A DNA stretch of 64,000 nucleotides. Source: Candidatus Magasanikiibacteriota bacterium (GTDB lineage Bacteria; Patescibacteriota; Patescibacteriia; Magasanikbacterales; UBA922). The stretch is from contig JBAYJP010000001.1 of NCBI GenBank assembly GCA_041665025.1, positions 211,996 to 275,995 on the forward strand. The letters are read 5' to 3'. How positions within the stretch are numbered: the stretch's first letter is position 1; each line of letters opens with the position of its first letter. A model generated the notes under the pieces. The model did not search any database, had not been told where the DNA came from, and saw only the letters and a program-made list of their open reading frames with translations. Shown here piece by piece: positions 1-9,521 of the stretch. The translations under genes and the position numbers were made by a program.

Positions 1-57
1 AAAGATTGTAAGATTAAAAGATTAACAACTATTTGGCTGACAATATCTCAATTTCTT

Positions 58-1854
58 TTATTTCTCAATTTCTCTCACTACAACATCCTGTCCCTCACTA
101 AGTCCTGAAACAATTTCAATGAGACCATTGTCTCCGCGCAAGCCTGTAGTCACTTCAACTTCCTTTATTTCCTCATTTTCCAGTACACGAACTGTTTTTT
201 TACTGCCATCAATCTTGATAACACGCTGGGGAATAAACAATGCATTTTGTTTTTCTTCAGTATTAAATACGACATTTGCAGTCATACCATTCAAAATAGT
301 ATGTTCCGTATCACTCTCAAGAGAAACAGTAACGGTGTAATAGACAACATCTTGGATAATCGTCTCGCCTTTTTCTATTTGTATGACACTGCCCTTGAAG
401 TGGACATCATCACCAAATGCATCGAGTGTGATATCGGCTATGTTTCCAATAGCAACCTTAATAATATCTGTTTCTGGGATATCAACTTTTACTTCAAAAT
501 GGGGATTGACTAATTTTACTGCCACATCTTGTGCACTTGCATATTCTCCAACCTTTCCATCCAATTTGCCAATCATACCAGCAATAGGAGCAATAATGCG
601 AGCTTTGTCACGTGCCGCAACTGCCTGAGCTAGAGATCCTTGAGCTTCGAGAACCTGAGCACGAGCTACATTCACATCTTCAACACGGGGCGGATTTACT
701 GCGTCATTGTATGTAGACTGAGCTTGATCAACCAATGCCTGATATGCGGCGACATCAGCTATAGCTTTTTGTTTTGCATTTTCAAAATTTATTTGTGCCT
801 GTGCATACGCTACCTGAAAACTGGAATAACTATTCCTTGCGGTGTTGATAGCCTGTTTTTGATTTATAACAGAAGTATATTGTGTTGATACAGAAGTACG
901 TACCGTCTGAATTCCTGTTTTGAGCGCATCAAGTTCGGACTGTGACAAATCGCCAATAGGTATGGTTGCATTAAGTGTTTCTGAAACCGCAAACAGCATA
1001 TCACGCGCATCAACCAAAGCCATCTCAGCTATACTAGTCGCACTATCGATTTCTGTCTTTGTGGAATTGGCGCCAATGGTACTCCACATATCAGCCTTTG
1101 CTTTGCTTGCTTTCGCTTGATAATATTCGTTTTTTGCAGTACTTAATTTTCCGCTATTGAGAGCAGAGAGAACGCTTTCAAATTCGTCGTTGGCCAATGT
1201 ATTATCAACGCCCAATATATTGTCAGCTTGAGTAAGCGCGTCATTTAAAATATTCAATGTCGTTTGAAAAATAGCAACCATATCATCATATGCATCCTGG
1301 ACAACCTCACTATTCTCTCCGCCTTCGGATAATTTCAGATCATTTTCAGCAGTTTTCAATGCTGCATCAGCATTCGCAACTGCATCTGCTGAAGTAGCCC
1401 TCACTTGTTCTGATGTTGCCTGGGATTGCTCGAGCTTTGCTTTTAAGTTTGAAAGATATGAGTCTGTCTGGCCTTTTAGGACTTTATCCAAATTTGCCTG
1501 TGCACGCTGTACGCCTGCGCTTGCTTGAGCAACACGACCATTAAGTTCTCGAAGTTCAAGCTCAATAATGACATCTCCCGCTTTGACTTCGTCATTGACC
1601 TGTTTATATATCTTACCAATACGGCCAGCAGTCTCAAACCGAAGCTCAAGTTCATTGGCCGAACTCACGTTGCCTGTGGCATCAACAGTTTGGACTAAAT
1701 TGCCTTTCTGCACCTTCGTTGTCTCATATTGAGGTTTTCCATTGCGTACTGAACTTACCATACCTGCCACAACTAAGACGAGCACAACTGAAAGGGCAAT
1801 ATAAAACCATTTGCGTCGATACCATTTCTTTTTTTGAATATTTTGTTCTTCCAT
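58..1854 (-). CDS. Efflux transporter periplasmic adaptor subunit (HlyD/MacA-like)
   Basis: N-terminal TM, biotinyl-lipoyl-like half motifs (GRIGKIYKQVNDEVKAGD; IIAPIAGMI), long coiled coil, C-terminal VTTGLRGDNGLIEIVSGLSEG. Confidence 0.9.
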   Translation of the reverse strand: MEEQNIQKKKWYRRKWFYIALSVVLVLVVAGMVSSVRNGKPQYETTKVQKGNLVQTVDATGNVSSANELELRFETAGRIGKIYKQVNDEVKAGDVIIELELRELNGRVAQASAGVQRAQANLDKVLKGQTDSYLSNLKAKLEQSQATSEQVRATSADAVANADAALKTAENDLKLSEGGENSEVVQDAYDDMVAIFQTTLNILNDALTQADNILGVDNTLANDEFESVLSALNSGKLSTAKNEYYQAKASKAKADMWSTIGANSTKTEIDSATSIAEMALVDARDMLFAVSETLNATIPIGDLSQSELDALKTGIQTVRTSVSTQYTSVINQKQAINTARNSYSSFQVAYAQAQINFENAKQKAIADVAAYQALVDQAQSTYNDAVNPPRVEDVNVARAQVLEAQGSLAQAVAARDKARIIAPIAGMIGKLDGKVGEYASAQDVAVKLVNPHFEVKVDIPETDIIKVAIGNIADITLDAFGDDVHFKGSVIQIEKGETIIQDVVYYTVTVSLESDTEHTILNGMTANVVFNTEEKQNALFIPQRVIKIDGSKKTVRVLENEEIKEVEVTTGLRGDNGLIEIVSGLSEGQDVVVREIEK

Positions 1855-1863
1855 ATAAAAAAA

Positions 1864-2100
1864 TTATTTTTTTAATTTTTTAATTTCTTCACTGACATTT
1901 CCAATAAAATCTTCTACCATATTGAGCGGCGCGAGCACAACCATGCCCATGCGCTGCATGACGACAAAATTGTCACCAGTTTTTAAATGTAATGATTCAC
2001 GGACTTTCTTGGGTATAACTACTTGCCCCCGTTCGCCAAGAGAGGTAGTACCTACACAATGTCCACACGATTCATCAAGTGAATGAGATGTATGCTCCAT
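1864..2100 (-). CDS. AbrB/MazE/SpoVT family DNA-binding protein
   Basis: GERGQVVIPKKVRESLHLKTGD motif. Confidence 0.85.
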   Translation of the reverse strand: MEHTSHSLDESCGHCVGTTSLGERGQVVIPKKVRESLHLKTGDNFVVMQRMGMVVLAPLNMVEDFIGNVSEEIKKLKK

Positions 2101-2169
2101 ATAAAAACAATAAGTATGAAAATCATACTTATCGTACTATATTTCCTCATCAATTGTCAACAACGTTTC

Positions 2170-3177
2170 TTACAACGTCTGAAGCATAGCCAAAAATGCA
2201 CGACGAGGATCATGTTTACTTGTCACACAATGGTAAATCACGTGTGCGAAAGGCGCGTGCACATGATATTTTCTTACAAGACGCATAAGACAATGAATTG
2301 CGTCTACCCCCTCTACTGTCTGTTTAACCATCTCACGTGCTTTGTCTCCTGTATACCCTTTTCCCAAATATTCTCCAAACGTTCGATTGCGGCTCTCGTG
2401 CGCAAAAGATGTAACAATAAGATCCCCAACCCCGGCAAGTTCGTACGCGGTCCTACGTCTACCACCCATTGCTTGAATAAGATCAGAAATTTCTCTGAGC
2501 GCATAGGTAAGCAACGCCGCTTTGGTATTTAATCCATATTTCATGCCGTCGCACATGCCTGTAGCAATGGTGTATGCATTTTTGAAAGAACCTCCAATTT
2601 CGACACCAATGACATCAGTAGTGGGGACTAGTTTCACATAATTATTTTCCATCGCACTCCTGACTTTATTCATAGCTTTTTTGTTTTTCGAGGCAATATT
2701 CATAGCGGTAAATTGCCTGCGTGCCATTTGGCTTGCGATAACAGGTCCGGAAATAGTCACAACATTTTTACGAAGTTTTGGACGAATATGTTTGCATATA
2801 ATATGAGGCATCAAGCGTAAGCTATGAGGTTCTATTCCCTTTGATACATCAACTATAATTGCATCATGGGCGATACTGCGTGCCGCAAATGAAATCGTAT
2901 GTTCAAGCACACCGCTTGGAATAACCAGAAAAACAATTTCCGAACCCTCAAGCGCTTCAGCAATTTTGAATTTAGGTACAATATTTTTGGGAAGTTTTAT
3001 TCCTTTTAAATATTTTTTGTTTTCATGATACTTTTCAATTTGGCGTAATGGTTCATGATCTCCTTCCCAATTCCAAATCCGAACCTCATAACCATTTTCA
3101 GCCAACACAAACGCAACGGCAGTACCCATGTTGCCGGCACCCAATACGGTAAGAATTTTCTTTTCGTTTTTATCCAT
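2170..3177 (-). CDS. gpsA: NAD(P)H-dependent glycerol-3-phosphate dehydrogenase
   Basis: VLGAGNMGTA, VSKGIE, GGSFKN, GVGDLIVT, SRNRTFG; start moved to ATG 3177 (MDKNEKK) because the ORF-track extension translates the repeat arm. Confidence 0.95.
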   Translation of the reverse strand: MDKNEKKILTVLGAGNMGTAVAFVLAENGYEVRIWNWEGDHEPLRQIEKYHENKKYLKGIKLPKNIVPKFKIAEALEGSEIVFLVIPSGVLEHTISFAARSIAHDAIIVDVSKGIEPHSLRLMPHIICKHIRPKLRKNVVTISGPVIASQMARRQFTAMNIASKNKKAMNKVRSAMENNYVKLVPTTDVIGVEIGGSFKNAYTIATGMCDGMKYGLNTKAALLTYALREISDLIQAMGGRRRTAYELAGVGDLIVTSFAHESRNRTFGEYLGKGYTGDKAREMVKQTVEGVDAIHCLMRLVRKYHVHAPFAHVIYHCVTSKHDPRRAFLAMLQTL

Positions 3178-3189
3178 ACAAATAATAAT

Positions 3190-3675
3190 CAAGATACAAG
3201 AAACAAATAAATTGCAATAACCAAACATCAATTATTTCTATCTTTTCCTGATTTCTCTTTTATTTTTTCCTTCTTTTTGATTATTGAAGAAAATATTTTA
3301 TTAAGTTCTATGCTTTCTTGTAGTAAGGGCTGCATTCTGACTTTAAGCTGGGAGTTATTTTCGATAATCAATCTCAACCAATATATAGATTCTTTAGCTT
3401 CTTTTCTTACAATTCTTAATCTGAATAAAAAATCTTTATCTCCAAGACAATCATTGGCTTCTCGATAATTTGCCCCCATAGATGAACTGGAACGGATGAC
3501 TTGATTTGAATAATATAAATTTGTGTCGCTCCTCGGTAGTTGTTTAGTCATATTCAAAGTTCTTTTCGCAAACTCAAAAGTTCTTTCTTCCAAATCAAAT
3601 GTATGCTCTCCGCCTTCATTCATAATCACATTGTTGTTTCTTGGTTATTGCAATTTATTTGTTTCTTGTATCTTG
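3190..3675. mobile_element. Candidate element: four-helix-bundle gene between perfect 35-bp inverted repeats built of heptamers
   Basis: 3190-3224 CAAGATACAAGAAACAAATAAATTGCAATAACCAA is the exact reverse complement of 3641-3675; mobility itself is inferred. Confidence 0.7.
3228..3623 (-). CDS. Four helix bundle protein (TIGR02436 / 23S rRNA IVP family, Avd-like)
   Basis: DLEERTFEFA...QVIRSSSSMGANYREA...DFLFRLRIVRKEAKESIYWLRLI...ESIELNKIFSSII. Confidence 0.93.
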   Translation of the reverse strand: MNEGGEHTFDLEERTFEFAKRTLNMTKQLPRSDTNLYYSNQVIRSSSSMGANYREANDCLGDKDFLFRLRIVRKEAKESIYWLRLIIENNSQLKVRMQPLLQESIELNKIFSSIIKKKEKIKEKSGKDRNN

Positions 3676-3686
3676 TTTATTGAAAA

Positions 3687-4499
3687 TTATAAAAATAATA
3701 AAATCAAAACTCCAATAATCACTCTATACACCACAAATGGCAAAAAACTCCACTTCTGTATTATTTTCATCAACCCCCAAATCGCAAGCAAACCACTTAT
3801 TGCCGACGCCACAAATCCTGCAATGAGCATCTCGACACCGACCGCTTCAAAACCGTTTTTTATCATATCAATTAATTGCATACCACCGGCAAGTGTAATA
3901 ATCGGAACACTCATGAGAAATGAAAATTCTGCTGCGCTTTTTTTATCCAATTTTGAAAACAATCCCGCTGTCATAGTAATACCTGACCGACTGGTTCCGG
4001 GAACAAGTGCGACAGCTTGTGCACAACCAATAAACAATGCGGTACGCCAATTTACCTTCTCTAATGATTGTTGATTGTTGATTGTTGTTCGTTGAACACG
4101 ATCTGCAATAAACAAAACAACTCCCCATACAATAAAATTCACTCCAATAATCCACGTCGCACGCAAGTTCTCTTCTATCCAACTGTCAAATAGGATTCCA
4201 ACAATTCCGGCTGGGATTATACTCAAAATAATTAACCAGGCTAATTTTCTATTACTGCTCCCTGTTCCTTGGTCGCTGTTCACCAGTAACACGCTCTTCA
4301 ACATCCCCAACAACTTCTTTCTAAAATACACAACCACTGCAACGAGTGTGCCAAGATGTATAAACGTATCGAACGCAAGTCCCTGATCTGCCCAACCAAA
4401 TAATTTTGGTAAAAAAATAAGATGGCCAGATGATGAGACGGGCAGGAATTCAGTAAGACCTTGAATTATTCCTAAAACAATTGCTTGAAGTATAGACAT
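3687..4499 (-). CDS. uppP: Undecaprenyl-diphosphate phosphatase
   Basis: GIIQGLTEFLPVSSSGHL, PGTSRSGIT, AAEFSFL. Confidence 0.97.
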   Translation of the reverse strand: MSILQAIVLGIIQGLTEFLPVSSSGHLIFLPKLFGWADQGLAFDTFIHLGTLVAVVVYFRKKLLGMLKSVLLVNSDQGTGSSNRKLAWLIILSIIPAGIVGILFDSWIEENLRATWIIGVNFIVWGVVLFIADRVQRTTINNQQSLEKVNWRTALFIGCAQAVALVPGTSRSGITMTAGLFSKLDKKSAAEFSFLMSVPIITLAGGMQLIDMIKNGFEAVGVEMLIAGFVASAISGLLAIWGLMKIIQKWSFLPFVVYRVIIGVLILLFL

Positions 4500-4520
4500 G
4501 CAATAAGTATAGCAGAAATA

Positions 4521-4549
4521 TTGACAAAATTCTATAAATATGATATTAT
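4521..4549 (+). promoter_or_regulatory. Sigma70-type promoter
   Basis: TTGACA-17 nt-TATTAT upstream of the GC-rich ORF at 4582. Confidence 0.7.
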
Positions 4550-4581
4550 TTTGCGAAACTTACGCGCGGAAAGGGGTTGAC

Positions 4582-4812
4582 ATGGAAAAGACCCGCGCCG
4601 AGTTGGAGAGCCTTCTGCCGGAAGATCCGGCAATGGCTCTGCTGGTGCTGGCCGGCCTGATCTTCGCGTTCATGGTCGGCTGGTTGGTATTTCGGCTTCG
4701 CGCTGCGAAGCGTGTGGCCGAGACACTCAACTTCGAGACCGAGCGCCCCGCTCGCATCGCCGCCTTCGAAGAGAAGTCGGCTGAGCAGGATGGGACGCTC
4801 GTCGTCCGCTGA
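4582..4812 (+). CDS. Small GC-rich single-TM hypothetical protein
   Basis: AAGGGG RBS before ATG 4582, hydrophobic segment, G/C-rich third codon positions. Confidence 0.65.
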   Translation: MEKTRAELESLLPEDPAMALLVLAGLIFAFMVGWLVFRLRAAKRVAETLNFETERPARIAAFEEKSAEQDGTLVVR

Positions 4813-4922
4813 GAAAAAGGAGAAGGAAGATGAAACTTCCAAACAGCGGCGGGGTGCGAGTCTACATGCGCCCTAGCCGCTCCCTGCCATGAGATATTGA
4901 AATATCAATGCATCATGATACT

Positions 4923-4960
4923 AAAAAACCGATTCTTTATATAAGATCGGTTTTTTATTT
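4923..4960. terminator. Intrinsic terminator-like hairpin
   Basis: AAAAAACCGAT...ATCGGTTTTTT. Confidence 0.65.
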
Positions 4961-5036
4961 TACTCACCGCTTGAGAATTAATAATACTGTGATATATTCC
5001 TATAGCTCGGGCATACACATTGCGAAAGGAGGAATC

Positions 5037-5384
5037 ATGGCCAAAATCCTCGTGATAGATGACTACCCAACCATACGACGAATAATTACCTGTTTTCTCG
5101 ACAGGGAGCATGAGGTCATTGCTGTCTCAAACGGCGATGAGGCTGTCCGGATGTTTCAGACAAAGTGCTTTGACCTACTAATCGCTGATGTTGAAATTCC
5201 AGATGCGATGAGCGGCGTCATGGCAGGCAGAATTTTGAAAGATCAATTTCCTTCTTTGAAAGTAATCATGATGAGTGGGTATCCCCTCTCTCTCGAAGAA
5301 TATCCTTTTGCGGACAATGTAATCACAAAGCCTTTTCGCCAGACAGAACTGGCTCTTCTGGTTCGCACCACATTAGGAGGGTGA
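5037..5384 (+). CDS. Stand-alone response regulator receiver (CheY-like)
   Basis: KILVIDD, DLLIADVEIP, MSG, MMSG, TKPF; AAGGAGG RBS. Confidence 0.9.
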   Translation: MAKILVIDDYPTIRRIITCFLDREHEVIAVSNGDEAVRMFQTKCFDLLIADVEIPDAMSGVMAGRILKDQFPSLKVIMMSGYPLSLEEYPFADNVITKPFRQTELALLVRTTLGG

Positions 5385-5414
5385 TCGTGTGTGCCCGGGC
5401 AGCCCTCCTTAATA

Positions 5415-5452
5415 ATAAAACCATCCTGCTTATCAACAGGACGGTTTTTTAT
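5415..5452. terminator. Bidirectional intrinsic terminator-like hairpin
   Basis: AAAACCATCCTG...CAGGACGGTTTTTT between convergent genes. Confidence 0.7.
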
Positions 5453-5521
5453 TTTATCTCTGCAGTATCTCAATATATCTCCATTTATATTGTTATCTAC
5501 TAACACAAATTGATTCTCAAA

Positions 5522-6673
5522 CTATACCAGGGCTCTCTTTAGTTCTTCAACTTTGTCCAATTTTTCCCACGGAAATTCATCTCTTCCAAAATGTCCATAT
5601 GCCGCAGTAGCCTGATAAATCGGACGAAGTAAATCAAGTTGTTCAATAATTGCTTTTGGTTTGAAGCTAAATACGTGTCGTACTGCTTGTTCTATTTTTT
5701 CATTTTCCACTTTGCCACTTCCATTAGTATTGACTAGAATACTTACTGGTTCTGCTACACCAATCGCATAAGCAACTTGGATCTCGCATCTATCTGCAAG
5801 ACCAGCAGCAACAATATTTTTTGCAACATAACGCGCATAGTATGACGCGCTTCGATCAACTTTGCTTGGATCTTTTCCTGAAAAACATCCGCCACCATGA
5901 CTGCCGTGTCCGCCGTACGTATCAACAATAATTTTGCGTCCCGTTAGACCCGCGTCTCCTACCGGTCCGCCAATAACAAACCGCCCAGTTGGATTTACAA
6001 AATATTTTGTATTCTCATCAACCAAATTTCCGCACACTGGTTTGATCACGTGTTCGATAATATCTTTGCGAATAGTTTCCAAATCAACATCGTCTGCATG
6101 TTGTGTTGAAATAACAACCGTATCTATACGTTTTGGCTTGCCATCTTCGTATTCTACGGTTACTTGAGATTTACCATCTGGACGAACATATTTCAAAGTT
6201 CCATTTTTACGCACTTCTGCCAACTTACGTGTTAATTTATGCGCATAAATAATGGGCATAGGCATGTACTCTGGTGTCTCATTGGTGGCATACCCAAACA
6301 TAAGACCTTGGTCTCCCGCGCCTTGTTCCTTGAATAAGCCTTCGCCTTCATTGACTCCTTGCGCGATATCTGGTGATTGTCCGGAAATGGCAACAAGAAC
6401 TCCGCACGTACTACCTTCAAAACCATATTCTGGTTTATCATAGCCAATATCCAAAATTGTTTTGCGCACAATATTTTGCACATCGACATACGTAGACGTA
6501 GTAACTTCTCCTGCTACTACCACAAATCCAGTTTTTGCAAGACACTCAATACCTGTATGTGCGTCTGGATCATCTTTGATAATCGCATCCACAATAGCAT
6601 CCGAAATTTGATCACACATTTTGTCTGGGTGACCCTCGGTCACTGATTCTGATGTAAAATAATATTTTGACAT
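5522..6673 (-). CDS. metK: S-adenosylmethionine synthetase
   Basis: [41 protein letters not shown]. Confidence 0.99.
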   Translation of the reverse strand: MSKYYFTSESVTEGHPDKMCDQISDAIVDAIIKDDPDAHTGIECLAKTGFVVVAGEVTTSTYVDVQNIVRKTILDIGYDKPEYGFEGSTCGVLVAISGQSPDIAQGVNEGEGLFKEQGAGDQGLMFGYATNETPEYMPMPIIYAHKLTRKLAEVRKNGTLKYVRPDGKSQVTVEYEDGKPKRIDTVVISTQHADDVDLETIRKDIIEHVIKPVCGNLVDENTKYFVNPTGRFVIGGPVGDAGLTGRKIIVDTYGGHGSHGGGCFSGKDPSKVDRSASYYARYVAKNIVAAGLADRCEIQVAYAIGVAEPVSILVNTNGSGKVENEKIEQAVRHVFSFKPKAIIEQLDLLRPIYQATAAYGHFGRDEFPWEKLDKVEELKRALV

Positions 6674-6705
6674 ACTTTTTAGTAAATAAAAAACAACTAA
6701 TTAAA

Positions 6706-6826
6706 GTCGTTCAAGAAGATAGACGCCCCCAATCTGGGAAACGAACATTGTTGAGCAGTAATCTCGCCTATCGACCAAAGCAAGATACAGACCGGCCAAC
6801 AACGAACACCATGTTCTTGGACGATT
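6706..6826 (-). ncRNA. Unidentified structured RNA upstream of metK (6S-like rod or leader)
   Basis: Nested stems on minus strand: UCGUcCAAGAA/UUCUUGaACGA, CCGGUCUG/CAGAUUGG, AUCUUGC/GCGAGAU; G-U pairs favour the minus strand. Confidence 0.5.
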
Positions 6827-6863
6827 AGGACGTAACACGAAGCGCGTATCACGTAACAAAATA

Positions 6864-6892
6864 ATATTACAATATCTGTCCTTCGCTGTCAA
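6864..6892 (-). promoter_or_regulatory. Sigma70-type promoter
   Basis: TTGACA-17 nt-TAATAT on minus strand. Confidence 0.7.
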
Positions 6893-7204
6893 TCACTTCT
6901 CTAATGGATACTTTTTTCTGTACTGTTCCTCGTTATAATATATAAGATAAAAATCCTTGTACGTCAAACCTTGTACTACAACGCCTGCTAAAAATCCGTA
7001 CACAATATTGTTGTAAAAACCAATAAACCACAGCAATAAAAGAAGTAAACCCCCATATAACCAGTGGTGAATGTGCAATATGTGAGGACCAATTCTAATT
7101 CTCACAGATTTGATACGCCCCGGCTGGCCTTCTTTTTTAGCAGATAACAATTTTGTAATCAGAAACCCTAGACCTGTGGAAATAACAAAAATAATCACAT
7201 TCAT
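6893..7204 (-). CDS. Small membrane protein (HIHHW motif)
   Basis: Three hydrophobic segments, co-oriented with neighbours. Confidence 0.75.
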   Translation of the reverse strand: MNVIIFVISTGLGFLITKLLSAKKEGQPGRIKSVRIRIGPHILHIHHWLYGGLLLLLLWFIGFYNNIVYGFLAGVVVQGLTYKDFYLIYYNEEQYRKKYPLEK

Positions 7205-7262
7205 AATATAGAAACCGTAAACTAATAAAACTAGATCACAAATTTGGTGCTAAGCTTTATAA

Positions 7263-8465
7263 TTAAAATAGCTTAAAAACACTATACACCGCTCCGACTG
7301 CAAGTGCAAGCAGTAGTACAGGGACCAGAAGCAATGCATGATGTATGTGATATTTCTTATTATTCAACACTCCTTTTTGTCGAGCGCGCCAATATATAAA
7401 TACCACAAATATCAAATCAATACTTACCAATACTCCCCCAATGACATCAATAAGCCCAATAAAGCTTCTCAGTCCTGCCACAAAAATCAAAAACGGAATA
7501 ATACAGACAAGAAGCGACGAAATAATTGGACGTATGCGATAATCCCATGTCAAAGAATCACGAAGCGCCATACCACCCATGAGAAAACCAGTTCCCATGG
7601 CAAGCACTGCAAAAATGTTACCAAATACAAATACCGAATTACCAATAACATTACCCAGGCCTACTGTAGCAATTTCTGTCGTATGTGAACCAGTTACTCC
7701 CACCACCACAAAAGCAAACAAACTGTAAATACCTATGCAAATGAACGAAGCAATAATAATGGTTTTTTTAAATAATCCGTCTTTGTGTTTGAGTAGTGTA
7801 TGCGCTTCGGGTATAACGCCTGTACTGCTCAAAGAAAACAGGATTACACCATAAGGAAGTAATAAATATGCAAAATTGTTAAACTCAACATGGGTACTTG
7901 ATATGTAAGGAGCTCCCAGAATAGAAATAATGATAATAACGAGTAACAGGCCAATACTCAAAAACAGATCAGCAACTTTTATCATGCGCAAACCTACAAA
8001 AACACACACAGAGGCAACTGCAAAAAATACTATACTCCATATAAATGGATCTCCACCAAATAATGCTGAAAGAGATGTTCCCTCGCCAATAATATATACT
8101 GTCATGACTCCGGCTCCCATGAGATAAATAAAGCCCGTCATAACCCAGGCACCCCATGCACCCAAATATTCACGTGCGAGTCCTATAACTTGTAATTCCC
8201 GTCTCGTACATGTCGCCACCTCTCCAATAAGCAGATTAAGACCCATCATGAGTAGCCCGAGCGTGACTATATATATACATCCAACTAGTATTCCTACCTT
8301 TGCAACTACAAAAGGGACACCGAGTACACCAGCACCGATTGTTCCGCTTACGACAAGCGCTACGCCCTGCAATAATGATAATCTGCGTTTAAAAATACCT
8401 CTATGCTGGATAAGAGGATGATCTTCCACAACATGTTCGCTTTTTTTAAATCTATTGAAAAACAT
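7263..8465 (-). CDS. Aromatic amino acid permease (TyrP/Mtr-like)
   Basis: SGTIGAGVLGVPF, about 11 TM segments. Confidence 0.85.
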   Translation of the reverse strand: MFFNRFKKSEHVVEDHPLIQHRGIFKRRLSLLQGVALVVSGTIGAGVLGVPFVVAKVGILVGCIYIVTLGLLMMGLNLLIGEVATCTRRELQVIGLAREYLGAWGAWVMTGFIYLMGAGVMTVYIIGEGTSLSALFGGDPFIWSIVFFAVASVCVFVGLRMIKVADLFLSIGLLLVIIIISILGAPYISSTHVEFNNFAYLLLPYGVILFSLSSTGVIPEAHTLLKHKDGLFKKTIIIASFICIGIYSLFAFVVVGVTGSHTTEIATVGLGNVIGNSVFVFGNIFAVLAMGTGFLMGGMALRDSLTWDYRIRPIISSLLVCIIPFLIFVAGLRSFIGLIDVIGGVLVSIDLIFVVFIYWRARQKGVLNNKKYHIHHALLLVPVLLLALAVGAVYSVFKLF

Positions 8466-8504
8466 ACCGCCTTTGAAAAATTTTAATATTTTTTCAGTAT
8501 TTTT

Positions 8505-9506
8505 TTAATATTCTTTCAATATCTCTTCTTTTACTATATCCCAATATTCTGGTTTATTTTGCTTTTCTTTCATCCAATACCACCATTCCACTCCCCATAA
8601 ATACGCACGGTTTGTACCAATATGTTTTACATAATCGATATGTTTTTTGAGGCGTGCGATATTCATAGTTTCTTCCTGCTCTGCAATAGGAGTGTCTGTT
8701 GGTGATGTGTCGGTAAACCATGGCTCTGCTTGAAGTTCAGCAACATACAGACGTTCAGTTCTAATACCCAATATCTTTGCTTTGTATTGATAAAACGCCG
8801 CAGGAAGCCAATCGTACGTCCAAATACGTCCGCCAGGAGTCCGTACAATGCGGTATAATGTCGTTCCAAACAAATCACCTGCTTTACTAGCTCTACGCCA
8901 AGTGCTCAGCTCTCCGCTGTCGGTGATCATGACCCAATGTACTTCATCCATTCTTTTTACCAAATTGACCTCTTCATGGGTAAAATCATTGCGAAATCTT
9001 TTGCAGTCTCCAAAACGAAAACGAATAAACGGCTCATTTTCTACCTGCCATAACTCAAGCGCCGTATTATTTTTGTATCGGTCTACGACAGCTGAAATAT
9101 ATGCGAATAGTTTTGTCTTGTATTCGTCTTCGGACAATGCATTGACCCATGATGGGACATGGCATTCAGGCCAGCGAGGAGCTTTTTGCCCCACAACTAA
9201 TGTCACTTTCGTGCCGGATTCCTTTGCCTTGTTCATCATGTAATCAACATCTTTGAAATCATAGGTGCCTTCTGCTTTTTCTACTTCACTCCACATAGCG
9301 GCAATGCGTATGTATGGCGGTTCTAGATCAGTAAGCATGTCTTCATACACCTGTTTCCAATCCAGACCAAGATATGAGGCATGACCCTGGTTAAAACTTA
9401 TGCCAAAGCGAACGGGATAGGTGCGCAAACTTGAAAACCACAAAAATCCATAACAAAGTGCTATGAGTATAATGATACTAACTAATATAAACAAAATGCG
9501 CTTCAT
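8505..9506 (-). CDS. Glycoside hydrolase, clan GH-A TIM barrel
   Basis: WSEVEKAEGTYDF, WQVENEP acid/base motif, AELQAEPW nucleophile region, N-terminal anchor. Confidence 0.8.
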   Translation of the reverse strand: MKRILFILVSIIILIALCYGFLWFSSLRTYPVRFGISFNQGHASYLGLDWKQVYEDMLTDLEPPYIRIAAMWSEVEKAEGTYDFKDVDYMMNKAKESGTKVTLVVGQKAPRWPECHVPSWVNALSEDEYKTKLFAYISAVVDRYKNNTALELWQVENEPFIRFRFGDCKRFRNDFTHEEVNLVKRMDEVHWVMITDSGELSTWRRASKAGDLFGTTLYRIVRTPGGRIWTYDWLPAAFYQYKAKILGIRTERLYVAELQAEPWFTDTSPTDTPIAEQEETMNIARLKKHIDYVKHIGTNRAYLWGVEWWYWMKEKQNKPEYWDIVKEEILKEY

Positions 9507-9521
9507 ATAGCTTATAAAAAA

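Noticed and set aside
3178-3231. N-terminal extensions in the ORF track (gpsA MMFGYCNLFVSC; likewise tsaB MCYVLCV, htpX MSFEFFN, BNR protein MSFDFNK)
   Set aside because: They are translations of repeat arms or spacer; downstream ATGs match normal protein starts.
3228-3623. Diversity-generating retroelement suggested by the Avd-like protein
   Set aside because: No reverse transcriptase and no TR/VR pair differing at adenines was seen in the window.
6706-6826. Canonical SAM-I riboswitch or SRP RNA
   Set aside because: It lacks the AUCxAGAG, GCAACC and GGUGC elements of SAM-I and the CAGG-GNRA-AGCA motif of SRP; kept as an unassigned RNA.
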